Source: Octopus vulgaris
Lineage: Eukaryota
DNA: 64,000 nucleotides
Direction: 5' to 3'
Assembly: GCA_951406725.2 (NCBI GenBank)
Contig: OX597831.1
Coordinates: 66,278,001 to 66,342,000, forward strand
In this document: piece by piece, positions 39,777 through 52,660 of the stretch
How positions within the stretch are numbered: the stretch's first letter is position 1
How the letters are laid out: each line of letters opens with the position of its first letter
The notes under the pieces: model-generated
Database searches by the model: none
What the model saw: the letters and a program-made list of their open reading frames with translations, nothing else
What the model was told of the DNA's origin: nothing
Made by a program: the position numbers and the translations under genes

Positions 39777-39929
39777 AATAAATATATATCTATACACATA
39801 TGCATACATACATAAATATATATATATCTATACACATACACATACGTATATATCTATACACATACATACAGATATATATATATATATATATATACACGCA
39901 CACACATACATATGTATATATATATATAT

Positions 39930-40298
39930 ACAGGAAAACTTGCTTTCATGTGTGGAAGATGTACAGTAATAATAATCACTGAAAATGTACAAAAAATGGA
40001 TTCCATCAACTGCCAGTCAGGTAAGCTAGACGTAGTAGATAGCATCCATTATCTAGGTGACCAGGTAAGCTGTGAGAATAAGATTAGGTGGGGCAAAGGT
40101 CATGCAAATGGCACCCGTGCTGGTGACACGTGAAAGCACCCGCTCATTGAGCGGTTGGTGTTAGCAAGGGCATCCAGCCATAGAAAACCAGGCCAAATCA
40201 GACTTGAGTGTGGTGCAGCCTTCCAGCTTACCAGCTCTGGTCATACCATCCAACCTATGCCAGCATGAACAACAGACATTAAATGATGGTGATGATGA
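39930..40298 (+). mobile_element. Internally deleted RTE LINE fragment
   Basis: CGRC...KLDVVDSIHYLGDQVS joined to the 3' UTR block and TGA tail. Confidence 0.7.
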
Positions 40299-40637
40299 TA
40301 TATATGTATACACACACAAACAAATATATATGTATACACATACATACATATATATATACATACACATTCATACATATATATATATACATATACATACACA
40401 TATACATACATATACATACATACATACATACATACATACAAATATATACATATAGATACATACATACATATATATACATATATATACATACATATATATA
40501 CATATATATATACATATATATACATACATATATATACATATATATACATACATACATATACATATATATACATATATATATACATACATATACATATATA
40601 TACATATATATACATACATATATATATATATATATAT
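40298..40637. repeat. (TACA)/(TA)n array
   Basis: Direct reading. Confidence 0.9.
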
Positions 40638-40761
40638 TTGAAAAAAATGAGTAGTGATGGCTTTTTGGTGGAGGGAATAATAATGTTTACAGAGAGTTAC
40701 TTAGATATGGGTCTCAAGCTTCAAGTAATGTTTTACTAGTTGCTTAAATAGCAAATTTATT

Positions 40762-40809
<48 letters not shown>

Positions 40810-40814
40810 TGAAC

Positions 40815-41097
40815 GTGGCAGATACTAGCGTTGCCTGACTGGCATCTGTGTCGGTGACATGTAAATGCACCAACCGATCGTGGCCGTTTGCCAGCCTGCT
40901 CTGGCCCCTGTGCTGGTGGCACGTAAAAAGACACCCACTACACTCACAGAGTGGTTGGCATTAGGACGGGCATTCAGCTGTAGAAACACTGCCAGATCAG
41001 ACTGGGGCCTGGTGCAGCCTCCATGGCTTACCAGACCCCGGTCTAATCGTCCAATCCATGCTAGCATGGAAAACGGACATTAAATGATGATGATGAT
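40815..41097 (+). mobile_element. RTE LINE 3' UTR fragment
   Basis: Tandem units, conserved block and (TGA)n. Confidence 0.8.
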
Positions 41098-41112
41098 ATA
41101 TATATAATACAC

Positions 41113-41148
41113 AAGAAGAAGAAGAAGAAGAAGAAGAAGAAGAAGAAG

Positions 41149-41186
<38 letters not shown>

Positions 41187-41236
41187 ACACAGCAACAACA
41201 AACACAGCAACAACAACAACAGCAGGAGGAGGAGGA
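41113..41236. repeat. Compound trinucleotide (GAA)n(CAA)n(GGA)n
   Basis: Direct reading. Confidence 0.92.
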
Positions 41237-41485
41237 CAAAGGCAAAGAAGAAGAACAGGAGAAAAGGTAAATGAAATTAAAAAAATAAATATATAAATAA
41301 AAATAAAGGTAAGAATAAAGATAAGACTAATTGAGAACAATGGGGAGGACAATTAAGTCCATCAAGATTTTAAAAATTGTATATTTTGGAGTGGTCAAAA
41401 TTGTTGGTCAATATTGTTGGTCAAGATTATCTGTGTGGTGCCTAATGATTTGAGGTCACCTATTCAGTTCTCACAAGTGGTATGA

Positions 41486-41525
<40 letters not shown>

Positions 41526-41583
41526 TATATATACACAGACACACATACACACGCACACACTCACACACACACATATGAATACA

Positions 41584-42050
41584 CTAGCTGACATACCCAG
41601 TAAATCCCGGGAAAGCAGGGCTTATCCCTTGGTTCCGTTCCAATAATTGTTTTGCTAATCCAGAAGCCACAATACAAAGTATGTAACCATTAAAATGGGT
41701 TTTGTGCATTTATTGAGAATACCAAACTATCTTACACAAGATCTTGTTTTTAGGAATTCCCAATAAGTTATGAATACCCAAATTGTAAAGTCAGTTATGT
41801 AATAACATGAAATTAATTATCCAATAGTAAGAATCCAAATAAAATACCCCCAAAAAGGGCTTTAATACATTCACAGAGTGTATAGAACTTAGGAGGAAAT
41901 ACTAATAAGGTATGTATACTAAAATCGTGAAGCATGTTACGTAATAACAGACTAATCAGATATGAGATAATAACAATTCAAAGTAAATAACTCTGAAAAG
42001 GGCTTTTGTGCGTTCCCAGAGAATATTACCCTCAGGGGCGCTAGTGTTAG
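41584..42050 (-). mobile_element. Probable Helitron 3' end with degenerate ~150-bp tandem units; 5' end not located
   Basis: Minus strand cccgggatttactggg...CTAG|T; aaaagggctttt-like unit recurs near 41692, 41852 and 41996. Confidence 0.45.
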
Positions 42051-43539
42051 TATATTTGTGAATAAGTCACCAACCGAAATAAGTGGATCTATTCTTTAGG
42101 AAAATACTATTTACTTGTTTAAGCATTTGACTGGATAAATTTCAAAAATAACTCAAAGTTCGAATAATAAGAAATAAGCATACTAAATTTGATTTATACG
42201 AAATAATTTACAAACATGAGCCACCTCAGGGATGTCAAATAGCAACCACACCATTGCATACTTGACACCCCTAGAAATAAACTTTATTGTTGGCAGATGT
42301 TCTGCCAACTCTTTCTATTTCGATTTTGGGAAAGACAGCGATGGTGTTGAGTGACTTTGAATATGTCCTCAACACCACCATCCTATCCTCTAAGTCTTTT
42401 AACCACTGTTTGGGTGGACCATCTCCCACTCCAGAACATTGTCTTTCTTTTTTTTCTGCCATATTCATGAGAAAAAAGAGTTCAAGGAAAGTTCAAAGGA
42501 AGGAAACAGTTCAGAAACAGATTGAACTCAGCAGACACAAAATCTTCCGGCCATGAATGTACTCCAGGTCTAACTGGTAGCCACACTGCAACAGGAACAA
42601 ATTCTCAAGGTTTTTGGAGGTGGGATATGCCTCCAAAACAATCCACAAGTCTTCCAGCAACTATCAACAGGTAGCAACAGGAACAGTTTAAAAAATCCAA
42701 TTTTAGAAAAAATCAAATTTTACAAATTTTTGAAGGCGGGATACGCCCCCCCCCCCTAAAAAAAAATAATTCACGTTAAGTAGAAATTCAAATACCCAGC
42801 TGCAGGCAGAAAGGTGCCTGGAATCCAGTGAGGATTTCTTGCTTGAGAAAATAAACACTAAACGACAAACCCCCACCGAATCCCCAAAAATATACGCCTT
42901 ACCTTGTAATTGAGCTTCACTTAATTCACTACGCTGCAAACCAGCATTGTGACTTCTTTCAGTGCAAAGAAAAACACTGACAACAACGCATGCACAGAAG
43001 CAAGCCTCTTACTACACAGCCAGGCTTGTACATGTAAATATATATGATATATACATGTACATTTATTAGCTCTCAGCATGTCATACTTAAGGTAAGTACA
43101 TCGTGAAAGGCAAGCTTACTGTAGTAGTGATCCGGAGACATTTCTTCTGGACGTGCTGTGTTTAAAAGCACAATATATATCAGAAATTGTTGAAAATCAT
43201 CCTGGTGATAATTAGGTGAATTTCAGATTTTGGGCGCTTTTAACAGCATGTACACCTCCTCCTCCTCCTCTTCATCATCGTCATTGTCATCATTGTTGTT
43301 TGGGCAGCAACCTATTATTACGAGTTTTTCCTTCTTTCAATTTTGGTTCCATTTTTGATGAGCGTCTTCCAGATACCTATGGCAAAGAAACTCACTGTAT
43401 GCATTGTTAAGCCATTAAAATAAGCACACGAGATTATTCATTTACAAAGTTATGTGAAAAAAAAAAGAAAATAAGAAAAAAGAAATCGTTCTCACATCAA
43501 CAACGTTCAATATGTGAGACATACCAGTTAAAACAACCT

Positions 43540-44420
43540 TTTGCACTTCTTGCATGGATGGTAAGCTAGAGATCATTCTCAGATAATTTTCAGTTCTTTT
43601 ATTTTGATCATTCAAAGTGCTCCTACAATCAATAGTATTGTAACCACCTTGAGATGTCTCATTTTTTCGATTTCAATGAGCAAATCTTTATTTTCTTAGC
43701 TTGTCAAATACTTTTGCCAAGACCACATGAAATATTCATGTCAGTAAATAAACAAACTTTATTGTTTTGTTTTTCACAACAATATCAGGTTTATTAGCTT
43801 TGATGGTTCAGTCTGTATGTACTGGAAAGCCCCAAAGAGTCATTACACTTTCTCCCTTAGTTACAGCCTCAGGGTGGTGCTTATACCATTTGTCAGCAGT
43901 TCTGATTTTATAATGCCGACATATTAACCAGTGTAGATATTAGCCAACTCTGTCATGTCTTGATTTATGCTCCATTGATGCTAAAACTTTACATCCAGAG
44001 ATTAGGTGGTCCATTGTTTCAATCTTGTCGTTGTAGAATTGGCACTTTGGGTCTACTCCATATTTCATCCCATTGGCTTGGTAAGCTTTAATCTTGAACA
44101 ACTTAGATGAAACCGTTGCTCTCTACTTTTAGCCCTGAGCTCTGTGGCCACTGATGGGTGTGTTTCTGGTCAACATTAGCTTGTTTACTATGGGCCACAT
44201 ACTTGCCATGCAAAGATTTCTGCTCCCATCAATCAGCTGATTGTTCTTGCGATTTTCTCTTTGCTATTGATTTCACTTTCTTTGCAACAACAGTTGCTGC
44301 ACCTCCCTTAGGTTTTTCAACCCGAGTATCATGCATGGACTCAATAGCAAATTTTTTACTCTCCTTTATGGCAGAATGAAGCTTCTTATGCTCCTCATGA
44401 TTTTCAATGAGTTTCAGCAT
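43540..44420 (-). mobile_element. R4/Dong-like non-LTR retrotransposon relic (restriction-like endonuclease end)
   Basis: Minus strand PKCQFYNDKIETMDHLISGCKVLA...SRHDRV...KWYKHHPE...ANKPDIVVK: decayed CCHC knuckle, RHD and PD motifs. Confidence 0.75.
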
Positions 44421-44798
44421 TGAAGCTGAAGATGCTCGACCTTTATTCTCTAGAAAAACAACGACGCCGTGGTGATCTCATTCTCGCTCACAACATCATA
44501 GGCGGAAAGTGTAACCTCTCGAAAGGGCTGTTCTTCCCTCCTGCTCCAGAGCGTCACTCCAAAAAGCTCTATCTGCGACGATTTCATCTCAGTCGAGAGA
44601 GAGGGGCTTTCTCTGTCCAGGTTGCAGATCTGTAGAATAAGCTGCCGGACGAGATGGTGAGTATGCCGACGTCCGTTCGTTTCGGGGTCTCTCTTGACCA
44701 GAAATGGCCTGAACTCTTTGCATGAACACCCTCCCTGTCCCCCTACATGGCCTTGCTTTTGCTTTTTGAGCCCCCAAAAAAATTAAATTAAAAATAAA
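44421..44798 (+). mobile_element. CR1-like LINE 3' fragment
   Basis: LKMLDLYSLEKQRRRGDLILAHNII...FSVQVADL*NKLP motif and an (AAATT)-like tail. Confidence 0.8.
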
Positions 44799-45214
44799 AT
44801 GTTTCAAGATACTTGACCAGTCTTGTAGATACTTGTAGTGGTTTTGTAAGATATTTTCAATTGGATTGAGTGTCAAGCGGTTTAGCCATTTGGTATGGTG
44901 TTCGTATACCATCCAAATCTCACAGGCATACAAAAGTATAGGCAGTACCCCTGCTTGATCCACCATCAATTTGGTGGCCAGCCTAACACCTCTCTTCTCC
45001 CATAGTGATTCAACACTGACTCTCTGATTTATGTTGACACTTAGTTTTCTGTGATTAATTACCATCAGGGCTATTCATTTCTCTAATATTTTATCTACTC
45101 CACATTGAGTTTAAATGAATGAATATTGTTAAGTTTTTAAGGTATCCTTCCTAATGCAGTCTGAAGATGTCATCTTCTCTTTTCCATATATCATCAGACT
45201 TTATACACATGTAT

Positions 45215-45546
45215 ATAGTGCTAGTGCATGCATATACAGCTGCGTGCGTACATACGCACGAGTACTGTCCAAATCTCCAACCAATCACATACAGCTAGCT
45301 GGCATTCAATTGGCGTATCAAGTTTCAGGCATTTTGATTGGGTTTTGGATAGAAAATTCACAAAAAGTCACTTCTATTGATTTTTTAATAGCTTTGCGGG
45401 GTGACTGGGGAAATGTAAAGATGTGCACGACCACCCTTGGACGGTTTTGAATGACCATAGAAAGTGCGAGCCTCAAACTGAAAAATTGTGGATTTGTATA
45501 AAGGGCACACACACAGACAGACATTTTGCCATTAAAAATAGAGAGA
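45215..45546 (-). mobile_element. Helitron family H2 copy, 3' hairpin partly lost
   Basis: Reverse complement of about 13769-14103. Confidence 0.8.
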
Positions 45547-46081
45547 TGTACACACACAGACACACATACATATATATATATAGAGAGAGAGATGTATATG
45601 CATATATAAGCCTCCACCGAAGTTGATTCTAATCTGAGTGGTTACAAAACAGCTGTAACCTCTACAGAAGTATTAAAATTCTTCTTTCTTCTTCTCATTA
45701 TTTTATTTGCATATTATATACTCATCAAAGGGCATTTCCTATTGTTTGTAGATCCCTAGTTCTCAGTTGCATGATTCTGTTAAATTATGTTGGAATTAAA
45801 TTAGATTTGTGAACTGACAATGAGGTACACGTTGGAGGGGATTACAGTATATTGCACGTGATTCTTTAAATCCAATTTTTATATCTTACACACGCACACA
45901 AATATATTAAAACAAAGACTGGAATTTATGGTATTATTTTAATATTGTAGTTACGTTTCATTACAACGTGAGAAATACATTTTATAAGCATGATATTTAT
46001 ATTAATAATAATATAAATATATTTCGTTTTTGGATTTGGTTTGCAAGATTCTTTATATGAGTTCGTGTGTTGAAGCATATT

Positions 46082-46400
46082 CTGTTGTGTCTGGGGAGAG
46101 TCATTCTCTTTTGGTGTCTTATTATTTAACACACTCACCGGTAGAATTTCCACTTTTTTTTTCTTATTTTTATTTTCTAAAATTTTTCTTATTCTTATTT
46201 TCTAAAATGTTTGTTGCGTCTTGCAACCTTTTCAATAGTTTTGACTCTCAAAACTATTGAGAGTCAAAACTATTGAAAAGGTTGCAAGACGCAACGAAAA
46301 TTTTAGAAAATAAAAATAAGAAAAAAAATTGGAAATTCTACCGGTGGGTGTGTTAAATAATAAGGCACTAAAAGAGAATGACTCTCCCCAGACACAACAG
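46082..46400. repeat. Long hairpin palindrome, ~145-170-bp arms, 5-nt loop
   Basis: ...gttgcgtcttgcaaccttttcaatagttttgactctcaa[aacta 46252-46256]ttgagagtcaaaactattgaaaaggttgcaagacgcaac... Confidence 0.92.
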
Positions 46401-46706
46401 TATAAACATAATGAATTCATAATAAAATGTATACATACATACATTTAGATCTTTTCCAATGTGAAAATCTTCAGTCTTGGTCCTAAAATGATACTATGAT
46501 GTAATGAAATATTTGTAATTACAGTATTAAAATAGTACGTAAATTGCAGTCATTATTTTAATACATACTATGCAAATAGTATACTTGGTCAGGAATTTCA
46601 AGTTGCATGTATGATTTTCTTCATACACACAAATGATAGTTGGAATACACAGACATGCTTCATGAAGACACAACTAGAATTATAATCCCTTCTATTTACT
46701 TATATG

Positions 46707-46757
<51 letters not shown>

Positions 46758-46763
46758 GTGTGT

Positions 46764-47051
46764 GGAGGCGCAATGGTCCAGTAGTTAGGGCAGCGGACTC
46801 GCGGTTGTAGGATCGCCGTTTCGATTCCCAGACCGGGCGTTGTGAGTGTTTATTGAGCGAAGACACCTAAAGCTCCATGAAGCTCCAGCTGGGGGTGGTG
46901 GCGATCCCTGCTGTACTCTTTCTCTCACTCTTTCTTCTGTAGGCCTGCTCGCTTAGCCAGCAGGGTGGCATCATTTGACGGCTAAAACAATACGAAGTGC
47001 ATTGTGACCAGTGATGTGTAGCAACATCTGATAGTCAGGTCGGTCAAGTGA
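46764..47051 (+). mobile_element. tRNA(Arg)-like SINE, family R-a
   Basis: Homologous to 5162-5470. Confidence 0.85.
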
Positions 47052-47636
47052 TATACATATATATATATATATATATGCATACTGTGTACATAAATCTGAG
47101 AGTATATAAACATATAGGGTGTGATTTATTGATCATGATATATAGCCAATGTTTAGAACACCTTATATTTAGCTGTATTTTTAAAAATCCACATGAGAGT
47201 AGCAATCATGTTATTACCCAGATTCCGTTCTGTAGTTCTGTTCCAATCTTTCGAATGTAGAGTACAAATGTAAAACAAATTTGGAGACAAATATTTATTG
47301 AATACCTACATCAATATATCTCTGTTGATCTAACTCTTTACCTATCTTTATATTTTATCTTTTATTTGTTGGTCAGTGGACTGTGGAAATGCTGGAGCAC
47401 TGCCTTGAAGAATTTAACTGAATGCTTCCTATTTCCTAAGTACGGTATTCTATCAATCTCTTTTGCCAAACTGCAAACGTACAGCGACATAAACATACCA
47501 ACATCGATTGTCAAGCAATGGTGGGGAACAACCACACATAAATACATATGTATGTGAATATATATAGTGGACATACAAACATAGCAAACTTATTGATTTC
47601 TCCACAGATTGTAAAGAAACTGACAAACAGTCTTAA

Positions 47637-47856
47637 CCCTTTAGCATTTAAACCAGCCATATCCGGCCAGATGTATTCTGCCTGTTTTATGTTCAAACTG
47701 GCCAGATCTGGTCTCTCACACCAGCCCTACAATATCGTTTTAAAAATTAACAGCTACCTCATCAAAATCTCATAGCTACAAGATAATGCATGATTAGTTC
47801 AAAACAATGTGGATAAAAAAGCATTAATTTTGTAGAATAATGCTAACATTAAAGGG
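47637..47856. mobile_element. piggyBac-like MITE (same family as 18487-18705, opposite orientation)
   Basis: TTAA|CCCTTTA...TAAAGGG|TTAA. Confidence 0.8.
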
Positions 47857-48037
47857 TTAATCAATTTTCAAACCCTATTGAGTTCTCATCAGAGGTGTCT
47901 ACATCATCTGATTAATCCCAGAGAAATAGGTAACCAATTTGTTTATATACACAACAAGTCCAATATATTTTAATATCAGTGGCCTGCCAACAATATGTAT
48001 GCACATATATACATGTATGTGTGTGTGTGTGTGTATA

Positions 48038-49269
48038 TATGAGAAGGTATCCAGAAGAAACCAGAAACGTTCTCTGTGGGACAAGCTCATTGTAGTTCAG
48101 GCTTCCGCCGCCAGAAGTCACTTGATGCAACCCTTAGGCATCAATCTGCCGACTGGCATCATTGAGCAGAGCCATAGTTGCCACGTAATGCATCTTTGTT
48201 TTGCAGTGCTTCTCCCCTTTTTGTCTGTTCTTTCAACGGATGAAATGAAGAACCAGTGTGCTTCTGTGAAATTTTGTTTTCTGTTGAGGCAAACGGCAGT
48301 TGAAACAATCAACAGCTTATAAGGAGGCTGGCATGGGCAAAACACAAGTTTAAGAGTGGTTTTTCACACTTCTGGAATGGGCCCTTGTTGCTTGAAGACA
48401 AACCTCATTCGGGGAAACCGTTGCACCCACCCCAGAACAAATGAAAACATCATGAAAATTCATGGAGGAGCGTTGCCGAACAATTCATGATCTTGATATG
48501 ACTGGTGTGTCCTGAAGCTCCTAACAACGAATTTTGAGTGAGGAATTCCGAATGAAAAGAGTTGCAACAAAAGCTGTGCCTTGCTTGCTCTCGTGGAAGC
48601 ATCATCCAACCAAAGTACAAATATATCGGAAACTACCACCTGTATCATCTCTTGTGAAAGGTAGGAGAGTTCAGTTTGCTGGAAATTGTTGTAGAGCTGA
48701 AAACGAGGCAACTTCACTTCTCCTCTGGAAGCCATCTACTCGCGATACCAGAGGGCGCACACTCTCCTACCCTGATGTAATCTCCAGGGATACAGGCATC
48801 CAGCAACAGGACCTCCATAATGCTATGATGGACCGTGAAGTCTGGTGTAGCATAGTAAATTCCATTGTCTCGACCGCGGTCGAACAATGATGATGATGAT
48901 GCTCATGGAATATCAAAAATAGTCACGACTGAATGTGTGTCATGAACTAAAGGAACAGATGGAAGTTGATCTTGTTCCCTGCAGTTTTTATTTATTTATT
49001 TATTTTTATTTTTTTTTGTTCTGAATGAAAAAAGACCTTAAAGGAAAACGTTTTGCAGATGTGAAAGAGGTGAAGAAAAAACCGACTGAAGCATTAAAAA
49101 GGCATCACTTCGCAAGAGTTCCAGGATTGTTTCGAATAGGGGAAAATGCATCTGGACCGATGCATTGCTTCAAATGGATATTTTGCAGGCGATAAAAGAG
49201 TAAACCTGTAAAACTAACTGAAAAAAATATTATTGCAAAATTACAATTTCTTTTGGGTACCCCTTCGTA
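48038..49269 (+). mobile_element. Mariner relic interrupted by an RTE LINE 3' fragment (about 48591-48902)
   Basis: Degenerate TIRs tatgagaaggtatccag / tgggtaccccttcgta; QCASVKFCFLLRQTAVET mariner N-terminus; insert encodes an RTE C-terminus (RRVQFAGNCCR...MMDREVW) and ends in (TGA)n. Confidence 0.75.
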
Positions 49270-49781
49270 TACACACACACACACACACGCACACACACAC
49301 AATGGGCTTCTTTTAGTTTCCATCTATCAAATCCATTCACAAAGCTTATAGCAGAAAACACACATTGAATCAGTTGTGCAGTGGACTGAAGCCAAGGCCA
49401 GATGGTTGGAAAGCAAGCTTCTTTTCCATAGCCACACCTGTGGCTTTGTATGTGTGTAAGGTCTTTCCCAGACAAACAGATTCAATTAAGCATTAAAGAT
49501 ACCATACAAATATAGTGCAGTATTCATTAGGTAGTATTCTGTCCTCTTAAGCTAATGATTCTCATATTATTCACGTTCTTTTACGATTCTTCATTAATAT
49601 TTTGCTCTGTATCACAATGTCTCACAGTCAATGCTTGTAGAGGACAGTGACTAAGTAATATCGAGTTCTATGAACAGTTCTTTGTTCTGCTAAGGCAAAG
49701 CAGATTAATAAAGGAAGGAAGTTCAGACATACAGATGGATATACATAGCAAGACCAAGATATCACTATATATCTATCTATC

Positions 49782-49815
<34 letters not shown>

Positions 49816-49908
49816 ACTGTTCTGTGATAGAAAATTTAACAAAGAAAAGTACTCCATCTGATGAGAGATAAATATTATTTATTTAAAGGGTACAATACAT
49901 GTATTTAA

Positions 49909-49962
49909 GTGCTACAAATAGTTTCATATGTTGAGAAATATTCAAACATATTCTTCAGGCAC
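49909..49962 (-). ncRNA. Minimal type I hammerhead ribozyme (CUGAAGA core, intact)
   Basis: Minus strand: gtgc-CTGAAGA-atatgtt[tgaatatttctc]aacatat-GAAA-C[tattt]G-TA-gcac. 7-bp stem II, 4-bp stem I. Confidence 0.75.
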
Positions 49963-50669
49963 AAACCACATATCACAACAAACTAAAAAGGTTGAATAAT
50001 AGAAGAAGCGCGAAAAAAATTGAGAAAGCAGCATATAGAAAACGCAGACATTAAAAAATGGAAGACGAAAACAAAAAGACTGAAATGTAAAAAAAAACAA
50101 AAAGGTAAAAGAGCTATACTCCCTAGACCTTAAACGATAAGGCTGGAAAGATATCAAGTCAGTCAGGAATAGGCAGAAATTTCCAAGTCTTCAAAATATA
50201 TTTATACATATGCATGCAACTACTGAAAATTTCTGACTTAGAGTTCAAGAGAGAGTTAGGGATCTAAGAGCTGAACAGGATCTGCCCATTTTCAGCTAAA
50301 CAAAGTCTACATTTATTTGATCCATTAATCACATGCGGTGTTTCATTATCTTACGAAGTCCATACGTAGCTAGCCAAAAATAAAGCTACTAAGTTGGCTA
50401 GCTACGTATGAACTTTGAAAGATAACGAAACATTGCATGTAGTTAAATGGAAAGTAATTGAGAAATCCATACCTTTTGTGAATGGGTCGAATAAGAGTAG
50501 GCTTTGTTTAGCTGAAAGAGTGCAGATCCAGTTCAGATTTAAGATCCCTAACTTTCTATTGAACTCTAGGTCAGGAATTTTCAGTGGTTGCATGCATATA
50601 TATATATAAAATTAACAGAATGAGATAAAAATCCAAGGTGGTGAAAGATTTCAGAACATTTATAAAGAG

Positions 50670-50717
50670 GTCTTACAGCTGTTTCAAGGATATTTTATAT
50701 ATCCCTTCATTAGAGAC
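50670..50717 (-). ncRNA. Decayed minimal hammerhead (CUAAUGA) with palindromic stem III
   Basis: Minus strand: gtct-CTAATGA-agggata[tataaaa]tatcctt-GAA-ACAGCTGT-A-agac. All helices intact; one core substitution. Confidence 0.65.
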
Positions 50718-51119
50718 GGTGCAAGAAAATGGTCAAGCAATAGTTATTTTAGAGAAGATATGAAATAGAGAGTGAAGTGGAGGAATGAAAACAGACATGA
50801 GATATGCAGGGATATTGTATAGCACTTACTCAGCATCACTTGACACCTTTGGGTCTTCTTGACGCTATTACCTCTCATAAGTGGTTGCATAAATATATTT
50901 TGAAGACTTGGAAAATTACGCCTATTGCTAACTGACTTGATATCTTTCCAGCCTTATCATTTAAGGTCTAAGGAGAATAGCTCTTTTGCTTTTTTACATT
51001 TTAGCTATTTTGTTTTTATTTTCGGTTTCTTACTTTCTGTATTTTCTATATGCTGCCTTCACAGTTTTTTTTTGCGTTTATTCTATTATTCAATTTTTTA
51101 AGTTTGTTATATGTGGTTT

Positions 51120-51173
51120 GTGCCTGAAGAATATCTTTGAGTATTTCTCAACATATGAACCTATTAGTAGCAC
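51120..51173 (+). ncRNA. Inverted sister hammerhead with mutated core (GAAA to GAAC)
   Basis: gtgc-CTGAAGA-atatctt...aacatat-GAAC-Ctatta-GTA-gcac; reverse-complement copy of 49909-49962. Confidence 0.6.
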
Positions 51174-51211
51174 TTAAATACATGTATTGTGTCCTTTAAA
51201 TAAATAACCAT

Positions 51212-51549
51212 CCAAGCGTGATCGTTGCCAGAGCAACCAACTAGCTTCCGTACCCGTGGCATGTACAAGGGCACCATTCGAGCGTGATCATTACCAACGT
51301 CGCTTCACTGGCACGTGTAAAAGATTTGAGCGAGGTCATTGCCAGTACCGCCTGACTGGCCCCCGTGCCAGTGGCACGTAAAAAGCACCCACTACACTCT
51401 CGGAGTGGTTGGCGTTAGGAAGGGCATCCAGCTGTAGAAACTCTGCCAGATCAAGATTGGAGCCTGGTGCAGCCATCTGGTTCGACAACCCTCAGTCAAA
51501 ATCGTCCAACCCATGCTAACATGGAAAACGGATGTTAAACGATGATGAT
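51212..51549 (+). mobile_element. RTE LINE 3' UTR fragment
   Basis: Tandem units, conserved block and (TGA)n. Confidence 0.8.
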
Positions 51550-51559
51550 ATATATATAT

Positions 51560-51798
51560 TTGTAAACAAAATCAAACAAACATACACATGGTGCGTGTGT
51601 TGTTAGTTCATGGGTTGGCTGCATTTTAGACACGAGAGTACTTTCTCAATGCGCCTGGTGTCAAAAACACCTGAAAGTCATAAGCGAGACATCGCACCAA
51701 GCGCACTGAAAAAGTGTTCTTTTATGCCTAGAGTGCAGCCAACCCATGAATGAAGAACATACACACCTTGTGATTGTGTGTTCAATTTTGTTTATATA
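51560..51798. repeat. Diverged inverted repeat (~100-bp arms, ~30-bp loop)
   Basis: ttcatgggttggctgca...tgcgcctggtg / caccaagcgca...tgcagccaacccatgaa; a related fragment lies at about 53305-53460. Confidence 0.75.
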
Positions 51799-52057
51799 TC
51801 TTGAGCAGTTTCTAATTCATATTTGAATTTTTTCCATTATATGAAAGGTTGGGGCATACCAGCAGAAGGTTCCTAAACCATGTAGCATACAGCAATCACT
51901 CACCATATCGCAGTTCCCCTATCGTGCGCTCCGTACATTCTTAAAAAAAATCCTTAAAACTGTTTTAGCCCGAAGGCTGCGGCCATGCTGGGGCACCACC
52001 GCGGATGTTTCTGGCTAATAAATGTAAATTTATATCACAGACTCCTCGCGGGTTTCT

Positions 52058-52284
52058 GTGGCAGAAATGTTAGCACGCAAGGCGAAATGCGTAGCTGCAT
52101 TTCGTCTGCCGTTACGTTCCGAGTTCAGATTCCGCCGAGGTCGACTTTGCCTTTCATCCTTTCGGGGTCGATTAAATAAGTACCAGTTACACACTGGGGT
52201 CGATACAATCGACTTAATCTGTCTGTCCTGTCCTTGTTTGTCTCCTCTGTGTTTAGCCCCTTGTGGGTAGTAAAGAAATAGGTA
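52058..52284 (+). mobile_element. SINE with Meta-domain-like core
   Basis: Reverse complement of 6046-6273. Confidence 0.85.
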
Positions 52285-52660
52285 TTTTAAATATATCTGT
52301 GGTGAAATAAGCATTTTCATGCCTAAAAATTAATGAGTAAAAATTCAGGACAGTATTGCACAGTATAACTCATTAATTAAAATATATTAAAAAATATGTA
52401 GTGTACCGTGGATGGGTAAACAAAGAATTGCACGTACTGTATGGAAGATGAAACTCGGGAGGTGAGTGTGTGGTGTTGTTTTGCATTTATAATAAAATAT
52501 ATACAAATTATAAAAATAATCAAAAAAAATATACGGTACAGTACCGTTTCTACTTCATGGATTTTCACCTATTGTTGTTTGGAACGTAACACCTGCGATA
52601 GCTGAGGGATTACTGTATATATATATAATCAAAATAAGCAACAAGAATAACTTCGGTAAT

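Larger units (their letters stand above)
49870..51210. mobile_element. Fold-back Penelope-like element remnant (GIY-YIG C-terminus plus hammerhead-bearing 3' end, duplicated in inverted orientation)
   Basis: 50385-50600 reads ATKLASYV*TLKDN...VKWKVIEKSIPFVNGSNKSRLCLAER...LLNSRSGIFSGCMH, resembling the PLE endonuclease tail. 50210-50380 is its internally deleted reverse complement. 49870-50200 and 50885-51210 are inverted copies. Confidence 0.75.

Noticed and set aside
40997-41352. Poly-Cys / poly-Val-Leu ORFs
   Set aside because: Translations of the (GAA)(CAA)(GGA) microsatellite.
45158-45202. Minus-strand CTGATGA...GAAA resembling a hammerhead
   Set aside because: Stem II cannot form (6 nt) and the stem I complement is misregistered into the core; probably chance.
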